Of a DNA stretch of 64,000 nt, positions 40,501 to 54,992 are shown in pieces. Position numbers and translations under genes: made by a program. The stretch is from Eledone cirrhosa. Taxonomy: Eukaryota. Positions within the stretch are counted from its first letter, which is position 1. Every line of letters starts with the position of its first letter. The stretch covers positions 12,834,001 through 12,898,000 of the forward strand of contig OZ024742.1 of the NCBI GenBank assembly GCA_964016885.1. The letters are read 5' to 3'. The notes below the pieces were generated by a model, which saw nothing but the letters and a program-made list of their open reading frames with translations, did not search any database and was not told the origin of the DNA.

Positions 40501-43500
40501 ATTAATAATATCTCGGTCACCTTAACTATGTTTACTAAATTAATAATATTCCTGCCACCTTAACTATGTTTACTAAATTAGTAGTATGTCTGCCACCTTA
40601 AATTTATTTTCTAAATAAATAATACGTCTGTTACCTTAACTATGTTTACTAAATTTATATGTCTGTCACCTTAACTATGTTTACTAAATTAATACTATGT
40701 CTGTCAGCTTAACTATGTTTACTAAATTAATAATATGTCTGCCACCTTAAATATGTTTACTAAATTAATAATATGTCTGTCACCTTAACTCTGTTTACTA
40801 AATTAATAATATGTCTGCCACCTTAACTATGTTTACTAAATTATTAGTATGTCAGCCACCTTAACTATGTTTAGTAAATTAATAATATATCTGCCACCTT
40901 AACTATATTTTCCAAATTAATAATGTCTGTCACCTTAACTATGTTTACTAAATTAATAATATATCTGCCATCTTAACTATGTTTACTAAATTAATAATAT
41001 GTCTGCCACCTTAACTATGTTTTCTAAATTAATAATAGGTCTGCCACCTTAACTATGTTTTCTCAATTAATAATATGTCTGTCACCTTAAATATTTTTAC
41101 TAAATTAATAGTTTGTCTGTGACCTTAACTATGTTTTCTAAATTAATAATATATCTGTCACCTTAACGATGTTTATTAAATTAATAGTATGTCTGTGACC
41201 TTAACTTTATTTTCTAAATAAATAATATGTCTGTTACCTTAACTATGTTTATTAATTAATAATATGTCTGTCACCTTAACTATGTTTTCTTAATTAATAA
41301 TATGTCGGTCAACTTAACTATATTTACTAAATTAATAATATTTCTGTCACCTTAACTATGTTTACTAAATTAATAATATGTCTGTCACCTTAACTATGTT
41401 TTCTAAATTAATAATATGTCTGTCACCTTAACTATGTTTACTAAATTAATTATATGTCTGTCACCTTAACTATGTTCACTAAATTAATAATATGTCTGCC
41501 ACCTTATCTATGTTTACTAAATTAATAATATGTCTGTCACCTTAACTATGTTTACTAAATTAATATTATGTCTCTCCCCTTAACTATGTTTACTAAATTA
41601 ATAATATGTCTGCCACCTTAACTATGTTTACTAAATTAATATGTCTGCCACCTTAACTATGTTTTCTAAATAAATAATAGGTCTGCCACCTTAACTATGT
41701 TTACTAAATTAATAATATGTCCGCCACCTTAACTATGTTTTCTAAATTAATAATATGTCTGTCACCTTAACTATGTTTACTAAATTAATAATATGTATGT
41801 CACCTTAACTATGTTTACTAATTTAATAGTATGTCTTTCACCTTAACTATGTTTTCTAAATTATAATATGTCTGTCACCTCAACTATGTTTACTAAATTA
41901 ATAATATGTCTGTCACCTTAACTATGTTTTCTTAATAAATAATATGTCGGTCAACTTAACTATATTTACTAAATTAATAATATTTCTGTCACCTTAACTA
42001 TGTTTTCTAAATTAATAATATGTCTGTCACCTTAACTATGTTTACTAAATTACTAATATGCCTGTCACCACAACAATGTTTACTAAATTACTAATATGTC
42101 TGTCAACTTAACTATATTTACTAAATTAATAATATTTCTGTCACCTTAACTATGTTTACTAAATTAATAATATGTCTCTCACCTTAACTATGTTTATTAA
42201 ATTAATAGTATGTCTGTCACCTTAACTATGTTTACTAAATTAATAATATGTATGTCACCTTAACTATGTTTACTAATTTAATAGTATGTCTTTCACCTTA
42301 ACTATGTTTTCTAAATTATAATATGTCTGTCACTTCAACTATGTTTACTAAATTAATAATATGTCTGTCACCTTAACTATGTTTACTAAATCAATAATAT
42401 GTCTGTCACCTTAATTATGTTTACTAAATTAATAATATGTCTGCTACCTTAACTATGTTTACTAAATTAATAATATGTATGCCACCTAACTGTGTTTACT
42501 AAATTAATAATATGTCTCTCACCTTAACTATGTTTACTAAATTAATAGTATGTCTGCCACCTTAACTATGTTTTCTAAATTAATAATATGTCTCTCACCT
42601 TAACTATGTTTATTAAAATAATAGTATGTCTGTCACCCTAACTATGTTTTCTAAATTAATAATATGTCTGTCACTTTAACTACGTTTACTAAATTAATAA
42701 TATGTCTGTCACCTTAACTATGTTTACTAAATTAATAATATGTCTGCCACCTTAACTATGTTTACTACATTAATAATATGTCTGCCACCTTAACTATGAT
42801 TTCTAAATGAATAATATGTCTGCCACCTTAACTATGTTTTCTAAATTAATAATATGTCTGTCACCTTAACTATGTTTACTAAATCAATAATATGTCTGTC
42901 ACCTTAATTATGTTTACTAAATTAATAATATGTCTGCTACCTTAACTATGTTTACTAAATTAATAATATGTATGCCACCTTAACTGTGTTTACTAAATTA
43001 ATAATATGTCTCTCACCTTAACTATGTTTACTAAATTAATAGTATGTCTGCCACCTTAACTATGTTTTCTAAATTATAATATGTCTGTCACCTCAACTAT
43101 GTTTACTAAATTAATAATATGTCTGTCACCTTAACTATGTTTTCTTAATAAATAATATGTCGGTCAACTTAACTATATTTACTAAATTAATAATATGTCT
43201 GTCACCTTAACTATGTTTACTAAATTACTAATTTGTCTGTCACCACAACTATGTTTACTAAATTACTAATATGTCTGTCACCTTAACTATGTTTTCTTAA
43301 TTAATAATATGTCGGTCAACTTAACTATATTTACTAAATTAATAATATTTCTGTCACCTTAACTATGTTTTCTAAATTAATAATATGTCTCTCACCTTAA
43401 CTATGTTTATTAAATTAATAGTATGTCTGTCACCTTAACTATGTTTACTAAATTAATAATATGTATGTCACCTTAACTATGTTTACTAATTTAATAGTAT

Positions 43501-46500
43501 GTCTTTCACCTTAACTATGTTTTCTAAATTATAATATGTCTGTCACCTCAACTATGTTTACTAAATTAATAATATGTCTGTCACCTTAACTATGTTTACT
43601 AAATCAATAATATGTCTGTCACCTTAATTATGTTTACTAAATTAATAATATGTCTGCTACCTTAACTATGTTTACTAAATTAATAATATGTATGCCACCT
43701 TAACTGTGTTTACTAAATTAATAATATGTCTCTCACCTTAACTATGTTTACTAAATTAATAGTATGTCTGCCACCTTAACTATGTTTTCTAAATTAATAA
43801 TATGTCTCTCACCTTAACTATGTTTATTAAAATAATAGTATGTCTGTCACCCTAACTATGTTTTCTAAATTAATAATATGTCTGTCACTTTAACTACGTT
43901 TACTAAATTAATAATATGTCTGTCACCTTAACTATGTTTACTAAATTAATAATATGTCTGCCACCTTAACTATGTTTACTAAATTAATAATATGTCTGCC
44001 ACCTTAACTATGTTTTCTAAATGAATAATATGTCTGCCACCTTAACTATGTTTTCTAAATTAATAATAGGTCTGCCACCTTACCTATGTTTTCTCAATTA
44101 ATAATATGTCTGTCACCTTAACTATTTTTACTAAATTAATAGTTTGTCTGTGACCTTAACTATGTTTTCTAAATTAATAATATATCTGTCAACTTAACGA
44201 TGTTTATTAAATTAATAGTATGTCTGTCACCTTAACTTTATTTTCTAAATAAATAATATCTCTGTTACCTTAACTATGTTTATTAATTAATAATATGTCT
44301 GTCACCTTAACTATGTTTTCTTAATTAATAATATGTCGGTCAACTTAACTATATTTACTAAATTAATAATATTTCTGTCACTTTAACTATGTTTACTAAA
44401 TTAATAATATGTCTGTCACCTTAACTATGTTTTCTAAATTAATAATATGTCTGTCACCTTAACTATGTTTACTAAATTAATTATATGTCTGTCACCTTAA
44501 CTATGTTCACTAAATTAATAATATATCTGCCACCTTATCTATGTTTACTAAATTAATAATATGTCTGTCACCTTAACTATGTTTACTAAATTAATAATAT
44601 GTCTCTCACCTTAACTATGTTTACTAAATTAATAATATGTCTGCCACCTTAACTATGTTTACTAAATTAATATGTCTGCCACCTTAACTATGTTTTCTAA
44701 ATTAATAATAGGTCTGCCACCTTAACTATGTTTACTAAATTAATAATATGTCCGACACCTTAACTATGTTTTCTAAATTAATAATATGTCTGTCACCTTA
44801 ACTATGTTTACTAAATTAATAATATGTCTGTCACCTTAACTATGTTTACTAACTTAATAGTATGTCTTTCACCTTAACTATGTTTTCTAAATTATAATAT
44901 GTCTGTCACCTCAACTATGTTTACTAAATTAATAATATGTCTGTCACCTTAACTATGTTTTCTTAATAAATAATATGTCGGTCAACTTAACTATATTTAC
45001 TAAATTAATAATATGTCTGTCACCTTAACTATGTTTACTAAATTTATAATATGTCTGTCACCTTAACTATGTTTACTAAATTAATAATATGTCTGTCAGC
45101 TTAACTATATTTACTAAATTAATAATATGTCTGCCACCTTAACTATGTTTACTAAATTAATAATATGTCAGCCACCTTAACTATGTTTACTAAATTAAAA
45201 ATATGTCTGCCACCTTAACTACGTTTACTAAATTAATAATATCTCGGTCACCTTAACTATGTTTACTAAATTAATAATATTCCTGCCACCTTAACTATGT
45301 TTACTAAATTAGTAGTATGTCTGCCACCTTAACTTTATTTTCTAAATAAATAATACGTCTGTTACCTTAACTATGTTTACTAAATTTATATGTCTGTCAC
45401 CTTAACTATGTTTACTAAATTAATACTATGTCTGTCAGCTTAACTATGTTTACTAAATTAATAATATGTCTGCCACCTTAAATATGTTTACTAAATTAAT
45501 AATATGTCTGTCACCTTAACTCTGTTTACTAAATTAATAATATGTCTGCCACCTTAACTATGTTTACTAAATTATTAGTATGTCAGCCACCTTAACTATG
45601 TTTAGTAAATTAATAATATATCTGCCACCTTAACTATATTTTCCAAATTAATAATGTCTGTCACCTTAACTATGTTTACTAAATTAATAATATATCTGCC
45701 ATCTTAACTATGTTTACTAAATTAATAATATGTCTGCCACCTTAACTATGTTTTCTAAATTAATAATAGGTCTGCCACCTTAACTATGTTTTCTCAATTA
45801 ATAATATGTCTGTCACCTTAAATATTTTTACTAAATTAATAGTTTGTCTGTGACCTTAACTATGTTTTCTAAATTAATAATATATCTGTCACCTTAACGA
45901 TGTTTATTAAATTAATAGTATGTCTGTGACCTTAACTTTATTTTCTAAATAAATAATATGTCTGTTACCTTAACTATGTTTATTAATTAATAATATGTCT
46001 GTCACCTTAACTATGTTTTATTAATTAATAATATGTCGGTCAACTTAACTATATTTACTAAATTAATAATATTTCTGTCACCTTAACTATGTTTACTAAA
46101 TTAATAATATGTCTGTCACCTTAACTATGTTTTCTAAATTAATAATATGTCTGTCACCTTAACTATGTTTACTAAATTAATTATATGTCTGTCACCTTAA
46201 CTATGTTCACTAAATTAATAATATGTCTGCCACCTTATCTATGTTTACTAAATTAATAATATGTCTGTCACATTAACTATGTTTACTAAATTAATATTAT
46301 GTCTCTCCCCTTAACTATGTTTACTAAATTAATAATATGTCTGCCACCTTAACTATGTTTACTAAATTAATATGTCTGCCACCTTAACTATGTTTTCTAA
46401 ATAAATAATAGGTCTGCCACCTTAACTATGTTTACTAAATTAATAATATGTCCGCCACCTTAACTATGTTTTCTAAATTAATAATATGTCTGTCACCTTA

Positions 46501-48880
46501 ACTATGTTTACTAAATTAATAATATGTATGTCACCTTAACTATGTTTACTAATTTAATAGTATGTCTTTCACCTTAACTATGTTTTCTAAATTATAATAT
46601 GTCTGTCACCTCAACTATGTTTACTAAATTAATAATATGTCTGTCACCTTAACTATGTTTTCTTAATAAATAATATGTCGGTCAACTTAACTATATTTAC
46701 TAAATTAATAATATGTCTGTCACCTTAACTATGTTTACTAAATTACTAATTTGTCTGTCACCACAACTATGTTTACTAAATTACTAATATGTCTGTCACC
46801 TTAACTATGTTTTCTTAATTAATAATATGTCGGTCAACTTAACTATATTTACTAAATTAATAATATTTCTGTCACCTTAACTATGTTTTCTAAATTAATA
46901 ATATGTCTGTCACCTTAACTATGTTTACTAAATTAATAATATGTCTCTCACCTTAACTATGTTTATTAAATTAATAGTATGTCTGTCACCTTAATAATGT
47001 TTTCTAAATTAATAATATGTCTGCCACCTTAACTATGTTTACTAAATTAATAGTATGTCTTTCACCTTAACTATGTTTTCTAAATTATAATATGTCTGCC
47101 ACCTTAACTATGTTTTCTAAATTAATAATAGGTCTGCCACCTTAACTATGTTTTCTCAATTAATAATATGTCTGTCACCTTAAATATTTTTACTAAATTA
47201 ATAGTTTGTCTGTGACCTTAATTATGTTTTCTAAATTAATAATATATCTGTCACCTTAACGATGTTTATTAAATTAATAGTATGTCTGTGACCTTAACTT
47301 TATTTTCTAAATAAATAATATGTCTGTTACCTTAACTATGTTTATTAATTAATAATATGTCTGTCACCTTAACTATGTTTTCTTAATTAATAATATGTCG
47401 GTCAACTTAACTATATTTACTAAATTAATAATATTTCTGTCACCTTAACTATGTTTACTAAATTAATAATATGTCTGTCACCTTAACTATGTTTTCTAAA
47501 TTAATAATATGTCTGTCACCTTAACTATGTTTACTAAATTAATTATATGTCTGTCACCTTAACTATGTTCACTAAATTAATAATATGTCTGCCACCTTAT
47601 CTATGTTTACTAAATTAATAATATGTCTGTCACCTTAACTATGTTTACTAAATTAATATTATGTCTCTCCCCTTAACTATGTTTACTAAATTAATAATAT
47701 GTCTGCCACCTTAACTATGTTTACTAAATTAATATGTCTGCCACCTTAACTATGTTTTCTAAATTAATAATAGGTCTGCCACCTTAACTATGTTTACTAA
47801 ATTAATAATATGTCTGTCACCTTAACTATGTGTTCTAAATTAATAATATGTCTGTCACCTTAACTATGTTTACTAAATTAATAATAGGTCTGTCACCTTA
47901 ACTATGTTTACTAACTTAATAGTATGTCTTTCACCTTAACTATGTTTTCTAAATTATAATATGTCTGTCACCTCAACTATGTTTACTAAATTAATAATAT
48001 GTCTGTCACCTTAACTATGTTTTCTTAATAAATAATATGTCGGTCAACTTAACTATATTTACTAAATTAATAATATTTCTGTCACCTTAACTATGTTTTC
48101 TAAATTAATAATATGTCTGTCACCTTAACTATGTTTACTAAATTACTAATTTGTCTGTCACCACAACTATGTTTACTAAATTACTAATATGTCTGTCACC
48201 TTAACTATGTTTTCTTAATTAATAATATGTCTGTCACCACAACTATGTTTACTAAATTACTAATATGTCTGTCACCTTAACTATGTTTACTAAATTAATA
48301 ATATGTCTCTCACCTTAACTATGTTTACTTAATTAATAATATGTCTGTCACCTTCACTATGTTTAATAATTAATACTATGTCTGTCACCTTAATAATGTT
48401 TTCTAAATTAATAATATGTCTGCCACCTTAACTATGTTTACTAAATTAATAATATGTCTGTCACTTTAACTATGTTTACTAAATTAATAGTATGTCTTTC
48501 ACCTTAACTATGTTTTCTAAATTATAATATGTCTGTCACCTTAACTATGTTTACTAAATTAATAATATGTCTGTCACCTTGACTATGTTTTCTAAATTAA
48601 TAATATGTCTGTCATCTTAACTATGTTTACTAAATTACTAATATGTCTGTCACCTTAACTATGTTTACTAAATACTAATATGTCTCTCACCTTAACTATG
48701 TTTACTAAATTAATAATATGTCTGTCACCTTAACTATGTTTACTAAATTAATAATATGTCTATCACCTTAATTATGTTTACTAAATTAATAATATTTCTG
48801 TCACCTTAACTATGTTTACTAAATTAATAATATGTCTGTCACCTTAACTATGTTTATTAAATTTATAGTATGTCTATCAC
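7544..48880. repeat. 41.3-kb satellite array, 38-bp monomer AATATGTCTG[T/C]CACCTTAACTATGTTT[A/T]CTAAATTAAT, roughly 1,090 copies
   Basis: Period 38 (7544, 7582...). Head-to-tail with no inversion or insertion seen; recurring diagnostic variants. Confidence 0.99.
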
Positions 48881-48968
48881 ACAAATAAATTTTACCATCG
48901 AGTTTTGCAACACCAGATCTTCTTTTTCTCATGTTTACTCTTATGTTATTTTAGATAGTTAAATAACT

Positions 48969-49148
48969 GGTGGATTGGCAGTATCGGTAGAGGGTCGGAC
49001 GCCATGCTTTCCAGCATAGTTACGTCCCTTTACGATCTGAGTTCAAATCCCGCCGAGGTTGACTTTGCCTTTCATCCTTACGGGGTCGATAAAATAAAGT
49101 ACCAGTAATGAACTGGGTATTTGCTGGCCTTGTGCCTAAAGTAGAAAC
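48969..49148 (+). mobile_element. tRNA-derived SINE, family A, full-length
   Basis: A box TGGCAGTATCGG, B box GAGTTCAAATCC, body GACTTTGCCTTTCATCCTTACGGGGTCGATAAAATAAAGTACCAGT, tail GCTGGCCTTGTGCCTAAAGTAGAAAC. From memory the body resembles the Meta/Sauria-SINE domain. Confidence 0.9.
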
Positions 49149-49417
49149 AGTTATTTTATGAAGAGTTGCACCCTCACTAATCTCCTTGGACTCTAGTTTT
49201 GTTGTGAGTGTAGAGGGTGGTCATATTTATGTTGAATATTCTTCTTCTTTCTTTGGTCCTGTGGCTCTTGGAGAGGTCGTAGTGGTGCTGCAGTAATATA
49301 CAGCATTTCTATGACATTAGAAAATATTGCGGCACCCATCTCCTCTTCATATCTGAATACAGAAGATATGTTCCTGAGAAGGTTAGAGAAGGGAAGCGAG
49401 AAAGAGATGTAAAGGAA

Positions 49418-49690
49418 TAATCGACCCCAGTATGGTACTTATTTTTATCGACCTCGAATGGGTGAAAGGCACAGTTAATCTATGTTGGATATATTTATTT
49501 CTAATTTGACAACAAAGCTCGGGGGAAGGGTAAAGTTGATTAATTCAAGCACAATACCGACCGATGCTTTATTTTATCGACCTGGGAAGGATGAGAGGCT
49601 AACTTAAACTCAACGGGATTTGAACTCTTTATGTAAACATCCACTAAATACGACAATGGCATTTTATCTGACGCCCTACCAATTCTGGCA
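49418..49690 (-). mobile_element. Two diverged family-A SINE fragments in tandem (~49418-49482 and ~49530-49690)
   Basis: TTTATCGACC...GAAAGGC motif occurs twice; GGGATTTGAACTC is a reverse B box. Confidence 0.75.
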
Positions 49691-50085
49691 ATACATTACC
49701 TTTATGTTAGATATAATATTAAAAGTCTTTGATTACTGTCTTTTTTCGTTTTTGATTGTTTTGTTTTTGTTTGTTTTTAGACATAACTATCTGGTTTTCA
49801 ATATAAAAGGTTTTATAAGCAAATGTCTACACAGAGCGGGCACTGTCACGATAATCCGTCTTACAATCATGAAGAAGTCTGACTGAAAGAATTACTGACA
49901 TCTCAGATACTGGCGTGATAATATATTTCTAATCGTTGAAAGATATCTCTTCTACTCAAATAAATGGCAAAACTCTTACATTTTCACTGCTCAAAGTTTA
50001 CCAATGTCTTCTGAAATTAAGATTATATTTCTTCATGTTATTTATTTATTTATCTATATATTGGTCGTTTATTTGTTTGTTTTCA

Positions 50086-50258
50086 GTGGTTTGCCAGAGT
50101 CGTTAGAGTGTCGGATAACACGTGTTGTGAGACATTTCTCCTGGTCTTTATATTCCGGGTTCAAATCCAGCCGAGGTCAACTTTGTCTTTTATGTTTCCG
50201 GTGTCGATTAAATAAAGAACCATTAACCAGTCAATTACTGGAATCGATATAATTGACC
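50086..50258 (+). mobile_element. Diverged family-A SINE
   Basis: GGTTCAAATCCAGCCGAGGTCAACTTTG...GTCGATTAAATAAAG. Confidence 0.8.
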
Positions 50259-50269
50259 TAATCCCTAAC

Positions 50270-50378
50270 ACGAATTTGATCTCAGTGTGATTTGAACTAA
50301 GAAGGTACGAGTTAAGAGCCGGAACAAATACTGCTGTGCCCTTGTCCGACGCTCTCACGACTCTTCTATTCCACCGCC
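50270..50378 (-). mobile_element. Family-A SINE tRNA-like head fragment
   Basis: GATTTGAACT (reverse B box) ...GTCCGACGCTCT...CCACCGCC (reverse of the head). Confidence 0.65.
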
Positions 50379-51008
50379 TCTATCAATGGTTAATTATAGT
50401 CATTGATGTCACCGCTCGACAGTCTTTGTATCTGTCTGTTTCGTGGAAATAGAGACTTTTCTCTGATGAATGTTAAATACAACACAGACAATTTTCTGTT
50501 TCATCTTTTTTTTTCTAAATCAAGTGCGAACTAGAACATTTTTCTCATTGGAGTCTAATGATGTCACACGTCTCCCATGTCTGTGGGTTGGTGCATATGT
50601 AATTGTAACAGCTGCAGTAGAGACACTTGCTTACATATCTAAAGCTTCTTTGAATTTTGATATAGATTTCAACTTTAGATTTTTACATTTACCTTCCTTC
50701 TTCTGATTACTGAATACTGAAGCTGACACTCGGTACTCAGAAGGGAGGTACCTGTAATAGCCTAAAATTGAAATCGATATTAAAGTTCGAAGAAGAAGGG
50801 GAAGGAGAAAAGAGGATTTCAACTTTAACATTTACATTACTATATATTTACTACTATATTTTTGCAGTAAGCACTTTATTTCACATAATTATCTCACATA
50901 ATACTGAATCTATGAGATTTTGATATTATGTATTTTGAGAACAATACCTTAACGCCAGTATGAACAGTTGGTTACAGCCACTTTAAACAGAAAGAGGTGA
51001 GAGAATTC

Positions 51009-51045
51009 TGGCCGGATATGGCCGGTTTGAATGCTAAAGGGTTAA
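51009..51045. mobile_element. Possible piggyBac-type MITE terminus
   Basis: Ends GCTAAAGGG-TTAA, i.e. TTAA|CCC on the minus strand. A partner end was not found. Confidence 0.35.
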
Positions 51046-51062
51046 GCAAGGGTAAAATTGAG

Positions 51063-51145
51063 TAAATCAACTGGTACTTTATTTATCGATCACAAGAAGG
51101 ATGAAAATCAAAGTTGAACAGGAAGGGATTTGAACTCAGAATGTA
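51063..51145 (-). mobile_element. Family-A SINE fragment
   Basis: CTGGTACTTTATTTATCGA...GGATGAAAATCAAAGTTGA...GGGATTTGAACTCAGA. Confidence 0.75.
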
Positions 51146-51238
51146 ATGTCACAATGAAATTTTAATTGTAATATCATTACTCGCAGTATGGCAGGATGGT
51201 TTCATCTATTTCCTGGTAACAAACTACCAACTGGCCAT

Positions 51239-51350
51239 TAGGGTGTCTCAAATAAATGTATACATACTTTGATTACCTGTATAGGCAATATTTATTAAAA
51301 TGCTGTTGAGGTGTGTATACATTTTTTTATGGGGGGAGGGACACCCTGTA
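51239..51350. mobile_element. Tc1/mariner-type mini MITE (~110 bp)
   Basis: AGGGTGTCTCAAATAAATGTATACATAC mirrored by GTGTGTATACATTTTTTT...GACACCCTGTA. CAGGGTGTC-type TIR with a TA end. Confidence 0.7.
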
Positions 51351-51496
51351 TATACATTTCTTTAGCAAAGTTGAGTCCTAACAATTTTGGCAGTTGGTTT
51401 ATTTGGAGAAATCAATTACAATAAACAGTTTTGTATTTCATGTTTGTCAAGATCTGGTACGAAAGATAATCATTTTCAGATTGGATTTTAATACAC

Positions 51497-52800
51497 TCAT
51501 ATATCTACATGTCATATATCTACATGTCTATCATATATCTACATGTTGTCATCTATCTAGATGTTGTCATATATCTACATGTCTATCATATATCTATATG
51601 TCTATCATATATCTACATGTCTACCATTTATCTACATGTCTACCATATATCTACATGTCTATCATATATCTAAATGTTATCATTTATCTACATGTCTATC
51701 ATATATCTACATGTTGTCATATATCTACATGTTATCATATATCTACATGTTATCAAATATCTACATATCTGTCATGTATTATCTACAAGTCTATCATATA
51801 TCTACATGTCTACAATATATCTACATGTCTATCATATATCTATATGTCTATCATATATCTACATGTCCAGCATTTATCTACATGTCTACCATATATCTAC
51901 ATGTCTATCATATATCTACATGTCTATCATATATCTACATGTTATCATATATCTACATGTTATCATATTTCTACATGTTACCATACATCTACATGTTATC
52001 ATATATCTAAATGTGGTCATATCTCTACATGTTATCATATATCTACATGTTATCATATATCTACATGTTATCATTTATCTACACGTCTATCATATATCTA
52101 CATGTTATCATATATCTACATGTTATCATATATCTACATGTTGTCATATATCTACATGTTATCATCTATCTATATGTCTACCATATATCTACATGTCTAT
52201 CATATATTTATATGTTTATCATATATCTACATGTTGTCATATATCTACATGTTATCATATATCTACATGTCTATCATGTAGGATCTACAAGTCTATCATA
52301 TATCTACATGTCTACATATATCTACAAATCTATCATTTATCTACATCTTATCATATATCTATATGTTTATCATATATCTACATGTCTATCATATATCTAC
52401 ATGTTATCATATATCTACATGTTATCATGTATCTACATGTCTATCATATATCTACATGTTATCATATATCTACATGTTATCATGTATCTACATGTTATCA
52501 TATATCTACATGTCTATCATATATCTACATGTCTACCATATATCTACATGTCTATTATATATCTACATGTCTATCATATATCTACATGTTATCATATATC
52601 TACATGTTATCATATATCTTAATGTTGTCATATCTCTACATGTTATCATATATCTACATGTTATCATATATCTACATGCTATCATTTATCTACATGTCTA
52701 TCATATATCTACATGTTATCATTTATCTACATGTTATCATATATCTACATGTTGTCATATATCTACATGTCTATCATATATCTACATGTCTATAATATAC
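51497..52800. repeat. 18/19-bp minisatellite ATCATATATCTACATGT[C]T, ~70 copies
   Basis: Interspersed 18- and 19-bp units; accounts for all the I/Y/H/C-rich ORFs here. Confidence 0.96.
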
Positions 52801-52809
52801 CCACATGAG

Positions 52810-53000
52810 GGGTGTTCTGTTTGTTGTGAGTTATGTGGTTGTTGTGTGTAGTTGGTTGTATGTTGTATGGTTGTTATGTGTTATGAGTTTTGTGGTTATG
52901 TGATTGTTGTGTGTTTCTTGTTGTTAGTTTTGTGGTTTTTCAGTTGTTTGTTGTATGTTGTTTGTTGTGAGTTGTGTGGTTGTTATGTGTAGTTAGATGT
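52810..53000. repeat. Degenerate GT/TTG-rich simple repeat
   Basis: Almost only G and T on the + strand. Confidence 0.85.
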
Positions 53001-53859
53001 TTGAATCCAGAAATATCTTAGAGCATCATTGACAGCTACAACTTTGGTAATTCCACCAAAGAATAACCTTTACAAATATTACAGAAATCTACTGTACATG
53101 ACCTTGGAAGGAATATATCGTTGACAAGGAAACCAATGGCAACTACAGAGGTCAGAGTTATCTCCCTTCCCAACCTGACACATCTCCATACAAGACATCT
53201 AAAAATACAGCTGTCACATACAGAAATAATGTTTGTAAATATGGTAGAAAGAATCTCTAAATGTCTACAATATAACAGTAATGGTATTAACCAGAAAGTT
53301 GGGGTAGAAATAGATTTGATTATTCTTCACAACGTTTATAATTAAAACAAAAAACAAAATTATTACAACCAGAACTCCCACCTCTATCATCCATCATTAC
53401 ACATTATATTCAAGTCAGACAAGAGAAAACCTTTTATAACAGGTGTGATCTTATAACATACATAAAATATATAGAAAGAACACTGTATCTATATATGAAA
53501 TATATAGTTATTAGAAATGACATTTGTAAACCAATAGAGATTGATCCTACAGAAGAAATGAAGGCTTCCAAAATAGTTAACAACATGAAGGACATTAATA
53601 TAATAAACATATCAACATAGATACAATTGTATCGTAGAGTCAGTAAAATAGATTTATACAAATCCAGACACATATCGTACAAGGCAACATTAAAAACTAT
53701 AACTCAAATGACACCACAGAAATAGCCAACGTGTTAAAAACTAGAGATAACTTAAAGTACACAGCACTAAAAGCTTATACAACCAAAATAGAACTCAGGA
53801 TCAAACATTTGAACAAAGAAATTTGACAGTATATGTTACATTTATTATTAGTTAATTCC

Positions 53860-53990
53860 GTTACGACCATTTACGGTCTGAGTTCAAATCCCACCGAGGT
53901 CGGCTTTGCCTTTCATCATTACGGGGTCGATAAAATAAAGTACCAGTAATGTACTGAGATAATTGCTGGCCTTGTGCCAAAAGTAGAAGC
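53860..53990 (+). mobile_element. 5'-truncated family-A SINE
   Basis: B box, body and tail match 48969-49148. Confidence 0.88.
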
Positions 53991-54157
53991 AATCATTAGT
54001 TAATTCTATTCCTCTCTGTCTAAACTGTTGGAAAATGCTGAATAATCTAGCAAGCTGGATTCCGTTCCTGTCACAAACTATCATATATATGATGTCTAAA
54101 TGTGGTTATCATTCGGTTCACACAGCATTTCAATGTAGTTTCTTTATTATTATTTGC

Positions 54158-54295
54158 TAGCATAGTTACGTCCCTTTACAGTCTCAGTTCAAATCCCGCC
54201 GAGGTTAACTTTGCCTTTCATCCTTAGGGGGTCGATAAAATAAAGTACCAGTAATGTACTGGGTAATTGCTGGCCTTGTGCTTAATGTAGAAAAA
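54158..54295 (+). mobile_element. 5'-truncated family-A SINE
   Basis: AGCATAGTTACGTCCCTTTAC...GTTCAAATCCCGCCGAGG...GCTGGCCTTGTGC. Confidence 0.88.
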
Positions 54296-54426
54296 ATTAT
54301 TTGCTATAGAAGTTTCACTTGGATAGGAAGGTGAGGGTGGAGAGAGAAGTGCTGCTCCCCAGTACATTTGCTGAAAGGTGGGTAAATGTGGCGAGAATAG
54401 ACCGTTTGAGTGGGCCTACTCTGGTC

Positions 54427-54446
54427 ACTACTACTACTACTACTAT

Positions 54447-54491
<45 letters not shown>

Positions 54492-54732
54492 CGTTACTAG
54501 TACTAGTACTACTATTACTACTACTACTACCAGTACAACTACCGCTACTACTACTACAACTATTACTACTACTACTACTACTACCGCTACTACTACTACA
54601 AATATTACTACTACTACTACCGCTACTACTACTATAACCGCTACTACTATAACTACCACTACTACTACTACTGCTACTAATACTACCATCACTGCTACTA
54701 CTACCACTACTACTACTACCGCTACTACTTCA

Positions 54733-54773
<41 letters not shown>

Positions 54774-54900
54774 CGCTACTACTACTACTACTGTTACTAC
54801 TACTACAACGACCACTACTACTACTACTACTACTATTATTACTACTACCATTACTACTACCGCTACTACTACTACTACTACTACTACTGCTACTACCGCA

Positions 54901-54965
<65 letters not shown>

Positions 54966-54992
54966 TACTACTATCACTACTACCTCTACCAC
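54427..54992. repeat. (ACT)n trinucleotide microsatellite, interrupted
   Basis: ~190 triplets; generates the poly-Thr, poly-Val and poly-Leu ORFs. Confidence 0.95.

Noticed and set aside
7544-48880. CRISPR-like array (repeat length ~38 bp)
   Set aside because: Monomers are contiguous with no unique spacers, there are no cas genes, and the context is eukaryotic. The same applies to the 52- and 28-bp arrays.
48969-49060. tRNA genes at the A/B-box sites
   Set aside because: No cloverleaf; each continues into a shared SINE body.
51394-52851. Long Cys/His/Tyr-rich ORFs in several frames
   Set aside because: Translations of a stop-poor 18/19-bp minisatellite, open in all + frames; not zinc fingers.
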